Assembly (NCBI GenBank): GCA_963710605.1
Contig: CAVQBA010000001.1
Span: forward strand, 160,001-224,000
Direction: 5' to 3'
Length of the DNA: 64,000 bases
From: an uncultured cyanobacterium
GTDB lineage: Bacteria > Cyanobacteriota > Cyanobacteriia > Cyanobacteriales > Cyanobacteriaceae
Of this stretch, positions 11,601-21,198 are shown in pieces. Positions within the stretch are counted from its first letter, which is position 1; each line of letters opens with the position of its first letter. The notes beneath the pieces are model-generated. The model saw nothing but the letters and a program-made list of their open reading frames with translations, searched no databases and was not told the origin of the DNA. A program made the translations under genes and the position numbers.

Positions 11601-11790
11601 TTGATGATTGATGAAGTCTTTTTAGACCGTTGCGATCGAATCGTTTGCTCAATTCTTAAAACTAGAAAATAATCTTGCTGATGGTATTTATTATTACACC
11701 AATCGAAATGTTAATCAAAAATGGGAGGAATATAACGAGCTTAAAGCTAAAAACAAAGCTAAAAAAGATTCTGATAACCCCAATGATTAA
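8638..11790 (+). CDS. cas10d: Type I-D large subunit Cas10d/Csc3 with N-terminal HD domain (several frameshifts)
   Basis: AKGG...EQSHLKHSLNG, ITIHDEHK, CSICN, QSFSNR, CPICHLEFILRK; continues via 10824-11333 to DGIYYYTNRN...NPND* ending 11790. Confidence 0.88.
11274..11790 (+). CDS. cas11d: Probable internally translated small subunit Cas11d
   Basis: GGAGGT RBS at 11262-11267 followed by in-frame ATG 11274 in the 3' part of cas10d; internal Cas11d translation is established for type I-D. Confidence 0.65.
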
Positions 11791-11870
11791 GATACAAGCA
11801 AGATGCTTGTTTTACAAAACAATCTCAAAACTTGATTTAACTAATATTTATTCTTTAAGGAGAAACAACA

Positions 11871-12954
11871 ATGACTAGCAATAATAATCAATTTTCTACA
11901 CTTCAAAAATATGCTAAATATTTTGTATCTGAACCACCAAAAACACCTATGGGTAAATATGCAAGTATTCTTGTCTTACGAGAAACTAAATCCTACGCTA
12001 TTTTCACAACTGAAGGAGGTCAACAACAAGATATAGAAAGAACAAAAGCAGGTTTAAATAACTCGAATCCTGTAGATCGTTTAGTTATGTTTAAACGTAA
12101 ACAAGTTGCACCCGAAAGACGTACAGGAAAAGCATTGATGCGTCAATATAGTGTTTTTCCTTATGGCTTAGTCAAAAAAGAAAATAAATTTCAGAGTGTG
12201 GCTTATGGTGAAAATGCGATTGCAGAAGCAGAAGCTAAAAAGAAAGATAAAGTTAATATTAAATCTTATTCTGACTGCTATTTGACCGCAGGATTATGTG
12301 GACATTGCACTGATTGTATGACTTATGGTTATGCGGCGATCGAAGGTGAAGGTTCGCGCTCAAGTCGCATTATCACAGATTCATGTTTTACAGTGCGTCC
12401 TTATGCCTTAATTCAAAAAGGTTTGAAGTTTAATGTAATTGATGAAAAAACCCAAACTTCAGGGACAATAACTGAATATGATTATACTCAACCCGAAGTC
12501 TTTTTACCCTCAGTCGTTACTACCGTTGATTTAACCTTAGAAGAATTTGTTTATACTCTGATTAATCTTCTACGCACAACACGTTACGGGAAAGAAGCTT
12601 CACGTCAAGGTTTTATGCGGAATCACATTTTAGGAATTGCTTTTTCTGATGTGGAATTATTCTCAAATCTTGAATTTAGTCAAGCTTTTTATGATGTTTT
12701 TAAAGATGATGAAAATATTGATTTAATGAAGGGCTTTTTATCTTTACAACATTTTTCAGAATCATAAAAAGCAAATTATTCAAACATTAACAAGTAAGTT
12801 AAATGGACGGTTAAATATTATTAATAATTCTGAAGAATTAGAAGCTATTTTAGCTGAAATTCGGACATTAAACCAAGATGAAACTGCTTTAACAGAATTT
12901 TTACAAAATCTCAACACTCAATCTGCACGTTTTTCTATTGAACTTAATAATTAA
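11871..12954 (+). CDS. csc2: Type I-D Cas7/Csc2 (frameshift near 12765)
   Basis: LRETKSYAIFTTEG, FKRKQVAPERRTGK, CGHCTDCMTYGYA, LRTTRYG. Confidence 0.92.
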
Positions 12955-12956
12955 TT

Positions 12957-13767
12957 ATGGAAATTTATCGAGCCAAATTAGAGGTTTTGGATTACCTGTT
13001 TTATGCAACAACCGAGATTGGAAAAGTTTATGAAACAGGTGCATTTATTCATAATTACGCCTTATGTTATGGCTTAAAATTAGTAAATGCTCCTTATTCT
13101 CGTCAAATCCAAAAACCTACTTATGAACAAGACTTAAAGCCTTTAAAGGAATTAGGAATTTATATAACACCTGCTTATCCTTTGCAAATATCCTATCGTT
13201 TAATTCAATGGAATACCATTCAAGAAAGATATGGTTTTCACAGGGAAAGAGAAGAATATTGGTTATCCAGATTGGGGCTTTGCTCGTGTTATTACTCCTG
13301 AAAGTTTGTTTGAATTTTATATTTTAATTGCTGATATTCAAACACTAAAACATTATCCTCAACTAGAGCAATTAATAACAGAAAAAACTGGTTATATTCG
13401 ACTAGGTAAATTTTTAGCAAAATCAAGTTTGGCTTTAACAAAAGCTCAAGAAATAACCACAAAAAAAGGTTTATTTGTAGCAGGTATTACAGATGATAGA
13501 GGAAGATTACCATCAGAAAAAGGTCAATCATCTCTATTATTAAACTGGCGAGATATAACTCTTGATCCTTTTACTTGTGATATTTATCCTGCAACTTTAC
13601 CAACTCGTTTAATAGCTAATCCTAAATATGAAAATGCTAATTTTTATCATATTAATTTTGGAGATAAAGATGAAATTAAACTACCACAAAATATGAGTTT
13701 TGTTGCTCGTCCACTAACTAGCAATAACAAGAAAAATAAAACTGCTAAAAAGACAGAAAATGATTAA
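12957..13767 (+). CDS. csc1: Type I-D Cas5/Csc1 (frameshift near 13240)
   Basis: LFYATTEIGKVYETGAFIHNYALCYGL, YITPA, YIRLGKF. Confidence 0.9.
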
Positions 13768-15877
13768 TTTAAACATTTCTCCTGTTACTTTAAATCAAGT
13801 TAATACTGATCAATGGCTAACAGGAAAAAAACCTCATGAATATCAATGGAAAGCTTATCAATTAATTCAAGAAGCTTTTAAACAAAAAAAAACATTATGT
13901 TTATTCTTAATAACTCCTACCGGAAGTGGTAAAACTTTAGCTTCTTATGCTCATAGTATCAAAACAGGTTTACCCGTGATTGGAGCTTATCCTACCAATG
14001 AATTACTAGCAGACCAAGAGAGGGCTTTATCTGATGAATATAAACAAACAGGTACGAATATAATAGAACGAATAGATAGCGAAACTCTAGATAGATTACA
14101 AATAGAATATGAGTTAAATCGTCATAGTCAAACTTTAGAGAAAATTCTGAATCAAAGACCAGTAATTTTAACCAACCCAGATATATTATTTTATGTGATT
14201 TTTGGATTATATCCAGCTATTTATAGTTTAAGGGAAAGATTATGGTCATTAGTTGGTAGTTATAAACTATTTGTTTATGATGAATTTCATTTATATAATG
14301 TTAAACAACAAGCAGATACAGCCTTTTTTATTGGTGCTTTAAATACGATTAAATCTGATACTCCTAGAGTGTTTATTTTTGCTTCAGCTACACCTAATTT
14401 AGAAATAGTTAACTTATTAAAAAATAAACTTAATTTATGGGTAGAAACCGTTGCTTCAACACCATCAAATCAAGACTCAGCTTATACTATTGCTCATCCT
14501 GTTAATTTAACATTAATTCCTTCTAATTTGGACAAATGGCAAGGATTAAAAACTTTAGATGAATCTTTTGATATTATTACATCTTTCAATCAAAAATATT
14601 CTGATTCTCGTTATGTTGGAATTTTTGATTCTGTTGCAGGTGCTATTGGTGCAGCTAAAAGTTTTAAAAATTTTTTTGAATTTGCTCAAGTAGGAGAAAT
14701 ACATGGTTTAAGTTCAAAAAAAATGAGGGAAGAATCACTAGCAAAAAAAGTAACTATTGGCACATCAACTATAGAAGTAGGTGTTGATTTTAAAGGAAAA
14801 TATGAAAAAGATTTTTTAATCTTAGAAGCAAGGACAAGTAGTCAATTTATTCAACGATTTGGACGTATTGCTAGACATAATAAATCATTAAATATTCCCA
14901 ATCAAGTTTTAGCACTTGTACCTGATTATGTTTCTAACTATTTTGAGGAAAAACTTACATCTGAGTCAAATATTACTCGTCAAGAATTAACTAATTTAAT
15001 CGAAGAAGCCTACCGTGATTTAGAAAACTTTGAACGTTATTTGAGTAAACATGCTTTAGTTGAGATGATTGAAGCAAGTAATTTAGTAATGAGACTATTT
15101 CAGGCAGATGTTAAACCTAGAATTAAAGATGGGTTAGCTAATGTAATAAAAAAACTAACAGGCAAAAGTTATGAACAAGCACAGGCTAGAAGAAAAGAAT
15201 ATAAAAATGAAAAAATATTAAATCCATTATTAACATTTAGGGGAAGTGGTTTAGAAGTAGCAATTATCGATAAACGAGGTGACGATGTAGGGTTTCCTAT
15301 AAAAAGATATAATCTAATGTTTATTTTAAGACGAGGTATTTTTGACGAAATTAGTCAAGATACTTTTGTTAAAAAGTTAGAAAAAATAGAACAACAGGAT
15401 TCTCAATATAATTATGAAATTCATCGTGAAAAAAGATTTTCTGAACTTACTAAGCCTTCATCTGAAGAATTGCTTGGAGTCTATGGATTTTTTCGTTTGA
15501 AAGGATTAATTGATGATGGTGATAAAACTAGACGAGTTTGGTTTGAAATCAATCAAGAAGATATTGAAGGAAAGTCTGGAAAAGTTACTGTTTTAGAAAG
15601 ATTATCTATTCAAACTGAACCTAAAACTTTTATCAGATTACTTCAAAAAGTGTTTCGCAAAAAACAGATAGTTGCTTGGGTAATCGATAAACATCCACAT
15701 AGTATTAAATTTGGTCGTTCATTACCTCCTTTATTTGCTATTTATGAATTGCAAGTAATACTTGTAGGTGGTGGTCATAGTAAACAATCATGGAGTATTG
15801 CTTTTAACCAAGATGCTTTCTTTTTGGATAGTCTGTATTGGAATCTAAACAAGTCTAATGATTTTATGTGCTGTTAA
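13760..15877 (+). CDS. cas3: Type I-D Cas3' helicase (no HD domain)
   Basis: PTGSGKT, YPTNEL, LTNPDI, DEFHLY, SATP, QRFGRIARH. Confidence 0.93.
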   Translation: MINLNISPVTLNQVNTDQWLTGKKPHEYQWKAYQLIQEAFKQKKTLCLFLITPTGSGKTLASYAHSIKTGLPVIGAYPTNELLADQERALSDEYKQTGTNIIERIDSETLDRLQIEYELNRHSQTLEKILNQRPVILTNPDILFYVIFGLYPAIYSLRERLWSLVGSYKLFVYDEFHLYNVKQQADTAFFIGALNTIKSDTPRVFIFASATPNLEIVNLLKNKLNLWVETVASTPSNQDSAYTIAHPVNLTLIPSNLDKWQGLKTLDESFDIITSFNQKYSDSRYVGIFDSVAGAIGAAKSFKNFFEFAQVGEIHGLSSKKMREESLAKKVTIGTSTIEVGVDFKGKYEKDFLILEARTSSQFIQRFGRIARHNKSLNIPNQVLALVPDYVSNYFEEKLTSESNITRQELTNLIEEAYRDLENFERYLSKHALVEMIEASNLVMRLFQADVKPRIKDGLANVIKKLTGKSYEQAQARRKEYKNEKILNPLLTFRGSGLEVAIIDKRGDDVGFPIKRYNLMFILRRGIFDEISQDTFVKKLEKIEQQDSQYNYEIHREKRFSELTKPSSEELLGVYGFFRLKGLIDDGDKTRRVWFEINQEDIEGKSGKVTVLERLSIQTEPKTFIRLLQKVFRKKQIVAWVIDKHPHSIKFGRSLPPLFAIYELQVILVGGGHSKQSWSIAFNQDAFFLDSLYWNLNKSNDFMCC

Positions 15878-15978
15878 TTAATATGCCTCCTGTTAGTTTA
15901 ATTCGTAATGTGACCATGGAAGGAAAATATTACCAAGACTTTAATCTTCCTGTCAACATCAATTATCGCTTTCACTAA
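15877..15978 (+). pseudogene. 3' remnant of a second, canonical cyanobacterial csc1
   Basis: Translates INMPPVSLIRNVTMEGKYYQDFNLPVNINYRFH*, matching the recalled C-terminal NMPPVSLI.NV...G.YYQ motif of cyanobacterial Csc1. Confidence 0.75.
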
Positions 15979-16076
15979 TTCTTTTTGACGACAATCCTAA
16001 TCTCCCTACACCACACAATATTGATAATTATCAGTCTGCGAATGATATTCAACCCCTACGACAATACATTAAAAAT

Positions 16077-16895
16077 ATGCCTTACAGTCTCGTCATTAAC
16101 TTTACCAATACCACCGATATTCCTCGTGGTTATACCTCAGGAAAACACTTACACGCTCTATTCCTAACTCTTGTAAATTCGATCGATAATCAGTTAGCAG
16201 AATACTTACATCGATCGTCATCTAACAAAGATTTTACCATTAGTCCCTTACAAGTAGTAAATCATCAAAATCAAAATCAAATTACTTGGCAAAAACAAAA
16301 AAAAGATATCAAAAAAGGTTCAAACTGTTGGTGGCGAATTACCCTCTTAGACGATCGTTTATTTGGTTTATTAACTCCTTTATGGCTTAGTATTAATCCT
16401 CAAAAACCGTTTCATTTAGGAAGTGGCGAATTACAAATAACTAGTATTTTATCTAGTAATAATAGTCACCCTTGGGCTAATGCTTGTACTTATCAAGATA
16501 TTAATGAAAATGCTTCGCAAACTAATAGAAATCTTCAGTTTAAAATATACACACCAATGGCTTTTCGTCAAGGTAAATACGATATATCTTTACCAACTGC
16601 CGATTTAGTTTTTTCTAGCATATTAAGGCGTTGGAATAATTACAGTAATCTTCCTTTTGATAATGTCGATTTTAGCTCTATCTTTCCTGCTTATTTCGAT
16701 TTAAAAACCGAAGTTGTGATTAACGATAAGAATAAATTTATTGGTTGTGTAGGAGATATTAATTACAAGATTTTAGGTGAGATAGATTCGTCTTTAATTA
16801 AGACAATAAATATTCTTGCTGACTATGTTTTTTACTGTGGAATTGGCAGAAAAACCACTATGGGGATGGGCATAACTACAAGAGTTAAAAGTTAA
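16077..16895 (+). CDS. cas6: CRISPR endoribonuclease Cas6
   Basis: MPYSLV, GKHLHALFL, TPMAFRQG, G-rich loop YCGIGRKTTMGMG. Confidence 0.95.
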   Translation: MPYSLVINFTNTTDIPRGYTSGKHLHALFLTLVNSIDNQLAEYLHRSSSNKDFTISPLQVVNHQNQNQITWQKQKKDIKKGSNCWWRITLLDDRLFGLLTPLWLSINPQKPFHLGSGELQITSILSSNNSHPWANACTYQDINENASQTNRNLQFKIYTPMAFRQGKYDISLPTADLVFSSILRRWNNYSNLPFDNVDFSSIFPAYFDLKTEVVINDKNKFIGCVGDINYKILGEIDSSLIKTINILADYVFYCGIGRKTTMGMGITTRVKS

Positions 16896-16915
16896 GAGTT
16901 AAGAGTTAAAAGTTA
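16881..16915. repeat. Heptamer array A(G/A)AGTTA x5
   Basis: Runs from the last cas6 codons to the ATG of the next gene. Confidence 0.9.
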
Positions 16916-17262
16916 TGAAACGAAGTATTGTTTATGAAAAGGCTTATAAATTTTCTATTCGAGTTATTAAAGCCTATAAATATTTGACAAAAGAAAAAAA
17001 AGAATTTGTTTTGTCCAAACAATTATTACGCTGTGGTACTTCAATTGGTGCAAATATTGCTGAAGCAAATGGGGCTATTTCTCAAGCTGATTTTAAAAAT
17101 AAAATGTCGATCGCTTACAAAGAATCTTTAGAAACAATATATTGGTTATCCCTATTAAAAGACACAGAATATATTGAAGAAAAATCGTATCAAAGTATCA
17201 ATAAAGAGGTAGTCGAAATCAGCAAAATGTTATGTTCGATTGTCAAAAATACCAATTCTTAA
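16915..17262 (+). CDS. Four-helix-bundle protein (23S rRNA IVS protein / TIGR02436-like)
   Basis: KQLLRCGTSIGANIAEA, DFKNKMSIAYKESLETIYWL. Confidence 0.92.
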   Translation: MKRSIVYEKAYKFSIRVIKAYKYLTKEKKEFVLSKQLLRCGTSIGANIAEANGAISQADFKNKMSIAYKESLETIYWLSLLKDTEYIEEKSYQSINKEVVEISKMLCSIVKNTNS

Positions 17263-17299
17263 CTCTTAACTCTTAACTTTTAACTCTTAACTTTCAACT
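17260..17299. repeat. Heptamer array TAACT(C/T)T x5, inverted relative to 16881-16915
   Basis: Runs from the stop codon to the cas4 ATG. Confidence 0.9.
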
Positions 17300-17926
17300 A
17301 TGGACTATATTCCTATCGCATCTTTAAACCATTACAGCTATTGCCCTCACCGATTTTGGCGGATGTTTTGTGCTTCTGAATTTACAGACAATCAGTACAC
17401 CATAGATGGCACTACATTACACGATCGAGTTCATACCGTGGGGGACTTAAATAGAGAGGAAACTTGGCAGATTCGAGCAATATGGCTTAAATACGAGCGT
17501 TATCAACTTATTGGTAAAGCAGACTTAATTGAAGTGGAAAATGGTGAATTCATCCCGATTGAATACAAAAGAGGACGGAAAAACCAATGGACAAACGATG
17601 CCCTACAAGTTGCCGCTCAAGCCTTATGTTTGGAAGAAATGACCGACACAAGTATCGATATTGGTTATGTTTATTACGCTCAAACACACCAACGGCAAGA
17701 GGTAAAAATAGATCGACAATTAAGAGATTTGACAGTAGAAACGATCGATCGAATCAAAAATATTATGAATAACAACATCATACCACCAGCCCAATACGAC
17801 AAACGTTGCAAGGGTTGTAGTCTTTATTCTGCTTGTCTGCCGAGGGCGAGTAAAAAAATCGAATCGTTATCAAGAAGCAAATTAAACAAAAAAGTGTTTT
17901 TTCAAAAGAAATACTGTAGGGGTTGA
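17300..17926 (+). CDS. cas4: Cas4 (true stop possibly near 17885)
   Basis: YSYCPHR, GKADLIE, IEYKRG, QVAAQALCLEEM, CKGCSLYSAC. Confidence 0.95.
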   Translation: MDYIPIASLNHYSYCPHRFWRMFCASEFTDNQYTIDGTTLHDRVHTVGDLNREETWQIRAIWLKYERYQLIGKADLIEVENGEFIPIEYKRGRKNQWTNDALQVAAQALCLEEMTDTSIDIGYVYYAQTHQRQEVKIDRQLRDLTVETIDRIKNIMNNNIIPPAQYDKRCKGCSLYSACLPRASKKIESLSRSKLNKKVFFQKKYCRG

Positions 17927-17963
17927 ACATTGTTCAACCCTAAACCCTTATTCAACCCTAAAC
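17915..17963. repeat. REP-like hairpin GTAGGGGTTGAAC...GTTCAACCCT
   Basis: Related copies near 16040-16061 and 26910-26937. Confidence 0.7.
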
Positions 17964-17999
17964 CAAGAAAACAAAATATTTAACTTTAAGAGGATAAAC

Positions 18000-19014
18000 A
18001 TGGGAACAATTTACGTAACACACGAAGACGCATTTATCGGCAAAATAGATGAAAGAATACAAGTCAAAGCGGATAAAGAAAAAATATTAGACGTACCGCT
18101 AATTAAAACAGACGGCTTGGTAGTTTTAGGAAGAGCGACTATTTCTCCAGCTTTAATCAGTGAAGTTTTAGAAAGAAAAATACCCGTATCTTATTTAACC
18201 AAAACAGGAAAATATCGAGGACGACTAGAACCAGAATTAACCAAAAATATTTTTATCAGAAAAGCACAATGGTTAGCAGTAATGAATGAAGATAATACAC
18301 AAGTTATTCATGTTGTTCGGGCATTTATTCGGGGAAAACTAAAAAATTATCGTAACTTAATTAATCTTAGAAATAGACAGTCGAATAATCATCATTTAAC
18401 AAAAAGTATTACTAAAATAGAATCAATTATAAACTCTTTAGCTACCGCAGATAATGTTAATTCTTTAAGAGGATTAGAAGGTGCGGGAAGTGCGATTTAT
18501 TTTAGTTGTTTTAACCAGCTAATTAAAAACGATCGATTTAGTTTTAATACCCGCAATCGTCGTCCGCCAAAAGATCCCGTTAACTCGTTATTAAGTTTTA
18601 CTTATGCTTTACTCAGACACGATATTCAAAGTGCGGTAAATATTGTCGGGGTTCGATCCTTATTTGGGTTATCTTCATGTTCCTCATTATGGCAGACCAG
18701 CACTAGCTTTGGATTTGATGGAAGAATTTAGACCTTTAGTTGCTGATGCGGTAGTTTTAAATGCGATTAATAATCAAAAAATAACTCCTGAAGATTTTGT
18801 CAGCGAGCCTTTAAGTGAAGCAGTTTCTTTGACGAAAGATGGACTAAAAATATTTTTGCGTTTGTATGAAGAAAAAAAACAATCCAAGTTTAAACATCCT
18901 GTACTGAAAAGACAAGTTACTTATCAAGAATCTTTTGAAATTCAAGCACGATTTTTAGGTAAATATTTAATGGCAGAAACTCAGCAGTATCCACCTTTAA
19001 TTATTAAAAAATAA
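18000..19014 (+). CDS. cas1: Cas1 (frameshift near 18650)
   Basis: LRGLEGAGSAIYF, RNRRPPKDPVNSLLS, DPYLGYLH, LALDLMEEFRP. Confidence 0.95.
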
Positions 19015-19088
19015 AAAGCATAACGATCGATTTTTCGTTCGATACTGAGTAAAAAAAAGGAATAACCTATCAACTATCAATTAATTAA

Positions 19089-19361
19089 ATGTATGTAGTT
19101 ATCAGTTACGATATATCTGAAAATAAAAGAAGAACTAAAATACACAAAATTCTCAAGTCTTATGGAGAATGGGTACAATATAGTATATTCGAGTGTGAGC
19201 TAAGCCAAACTCAATACGCTAAATTACGCGATCGTCTAAGTAAAATAATCGATAACGAAACTGATAATATTCGTTTTTATTTTATGTGTCAATCCTGTCA
19301 AAAGAAAATCGAACGTATTGGCGGAGAATTACCTCGTGATAATACTGTCTTTTTTGCTTAA
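19089..19361 (+). CDS. cas2: Cas2
   Basis: VISYDI, WVQYSIFEC, DNIRFY, CQSC. Confidence 0.96.
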   Translation: MYVVISYDISENKRRTKIHKILKSYGEWVQYSIFECELSQTQYAKLRDRLSKIIDNETDNIRFYFMCQSCQKKIERIGGELPRDNTVFFA

Positions 19362-19538
19362 TTGGCGTAAGGGGTAGGGTGTAAAAATGAGGATTTGAGA
19401 AAAACCAGTTCAAATCTTTATTCTGTAAGAGTTTTAGCAATCGAGATATTCAACAGCCTTACGCCCTTTACACAGTAAAATTTTCAGCGTTTTGACTACC
19501 TTTTTCTTCTAGCTATAAGTTATAATATGAGTACCCTT
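19362..19538 (+). promoter_or_regulatory. CRISPR leader, distal part with probable promoter
   Basis: Inverted motif GGCGTAAGG (19364-72) / CCTTACGCC (19457-65); TATAAT at 19521-19526. Confidence 0.7.
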
Positions 19539-20368
19539 GTGCGACCTGAAAAGTTGCAAGAGAAAAGTCGAATTAAAACTCGCCAACGAGTCATCCGTTG
19601 TGTTATCACCCGAAGGGGCTACATGAGCAATTGTATAGTTTCACAGCTAGAGGGTAATGTCAAGGAAGAATATAGTTAGCAATTACTCCAATTGGCTAGA
19701 TAAAGATGATTATGAAGTCGAATATGTTGATTGAAGCCTCCTAATCATAAGTCACTTGAAATGCTAAATGATACGAGTGATACGAAGATTAGTTCCTTAA
19801 CTATTTATTTAAGGAAAAAAAAGTCATAAGATTAAGGGTTTTTTATGATGATGAACGACATATCTTCGGGGGTATAGACATCTTCTAAAATCATCGCATC
19901 TTAACTCTTGTAAAACAGGATAACTCCCATATGTTCCTATTAGGTAAGGAGAGAGCAATCTCAAATGATGGCATAGGGGAATTAGGATATTAAAGAAGCG
20001 AAGGCTCTCAAATCGCAAGATAACAGGAAAGACTTAACAGTTATAACTGGAGAGATAGGGAAATACCCAATCCGAAAGGATGCTGACTTTAAATGGTATT
20101 TACTAGTTTAGTAGAATCGGAGAAAATAATTAAACCATTATGGAAAAGATAGATGAGTCTAACAACTCAATCGTAACTAATGGGACTTTAACGTGGAACG
20201 ACATTAATTGGCGTAAAACCACAAACAAAGTTCAAGGATTGATGTACCGCATTTACCGAACAACTAAGAGAAAAAATCTTAGAGTAAGTGCTTGAGCTGA
20301 ATGCTTGGAAACTTGCACGTTCAATTCTTAGGGGAGAAAGGGGGAGAAATCCTTCTGCCTTACCCGAC
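19539..20368 (+). mobile_element. Group II intron with internally deleted ORF (non-autonomous)
   Basis: 5' GTGCG; EBS1 AAGGGT (19834-39) in a hairpin loop; domain V 20294-20327 GAGCTGAATGCTTGGAAACTTGCACGTTCAATTC; domain VI ending TTACCCGAC. Confidence 0.92.
20140..20295 (+). pseudogene. Remnant of the intron RT/maturase (RVT_N only, 51 aa)
   Basis: MEKIDES...TWNDINWRKTTNKVQGLMYRIYRTTK...SA*; W..INWRK....V..L..RIYR motif. Confidence 0.85.
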
Positions 20369-20419
20369 ACGCAATCGAACCTTGAAATTCAAATATATCA
20401 ATGCTTTCAATCGTGAGCA
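20369..20419 (+). promoter_or_regulatory. CRISPR leader, repeat-proximal 51 bp
   Basis: ACGCAATCGAACCTTGAAA motif typical of cyanobacterial leaders; directly precedes repeat 1. Confidence 0.75.
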
Positions 20420-21109
20420 GTTGAAATCGACTATAATCCCTATGAGGGATTGAAACTGGGCATAATCTTTTCTTTGATTAAAGGAATTGGGTTGAAATCG
20501 ACTATAATCCCTATGAGGGATTGAAACCTGTTTTCAGCCCTGACATATAAAATCTTAAAATGTTGAAATCGACTATAATCCCTATGAGGGATTGAAACTT
20601 TGTCTCCTTACAAGATAAGCGGAAGCTGAAAAGTTGAAATCGACTATAATCCCTATGAGGGATTGAAACGCTGTCGCAGAATCACAAAGCATATCTAAGA
20701 GATGTTGTTGAAATCGACTATAATCCCTATGAGGGATTGAAACTTAAAACTCCTCCATAGGTAAGCCAAAGCATCATATATGTTGAAATCGACTATAATC
20801 CCTATGAGGGATTGAAACATGTCAATGACGAGAACAGACGAATTTATAAATATCGTTGAAATCGACTATAATCCCTATGAGGGATTGAAACTTTTGTCAA
20901 GTTTGCTCATGAGTTTAATTTCATCAGTTGAAATCGACTATAATCCCTATGAGGGATTGAAACAATTATATAAACAATCGCACGAGAAAACCAATTAAAA
21001 GTTGAAATCGACTATAATCCCTATGAGGGATTGAAACTTTGACATATACTCCATTTACCGATAAAAGTGAACGTTGAAATCGACTATAATCCCTACGAGG
21101 GATTGAAAC
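20420..21109 (+). CRISPR. CRISPR array: 10 repeats of 37 bp, 9 spacers of 34-38 bp
   Basis: GTTGAAATCGACTATAATCCCTATGAGGGATTGAAAC at 20420, 20491, 20562, 20633, 20707, 20782, 20855, 20927, 21001, 21073; last copy has one T>C change. Confidence 0.99.
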
Positions 21110-21198
21110 GTACTAAAATAGAGAAAGTCTTATAAATTAGTAGCCAAAACTTGTGCTACAGAACAAAAACTATAGTAAATAAAAAAGAAAAGATAATT

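Noticed and set aside
6340-19014. CRISPR-Cas system inactivated by frameshifts (WYL, cas10d, csc2, csc1, cas1)
   Set aside because: Essential alaS and argS show the same single-base indels, often near homopolymers, so assembly error is more likely. Needs read polishing before calling pseudogenes.
18000-20368. RT-Cas1 type RNA spacer acquisition
   Set aside because: Cas1 has no RT fusion and the intron lacks the RT catalytic domain.
16915-20368. Diversity-generating retroelement (Avd-like gene plus RT remnant)
   Set aside because: No template/variable repeat pair seen, and the RT fragment belongs to a group II intron.
19824-20370. Minus-strand ORFs 19824-20018 and 20188-20370
   Set aside because: Antisense readings of intron RNA domains; PLSPLRIERASFQAFSS is simply domain V/VI reversed.
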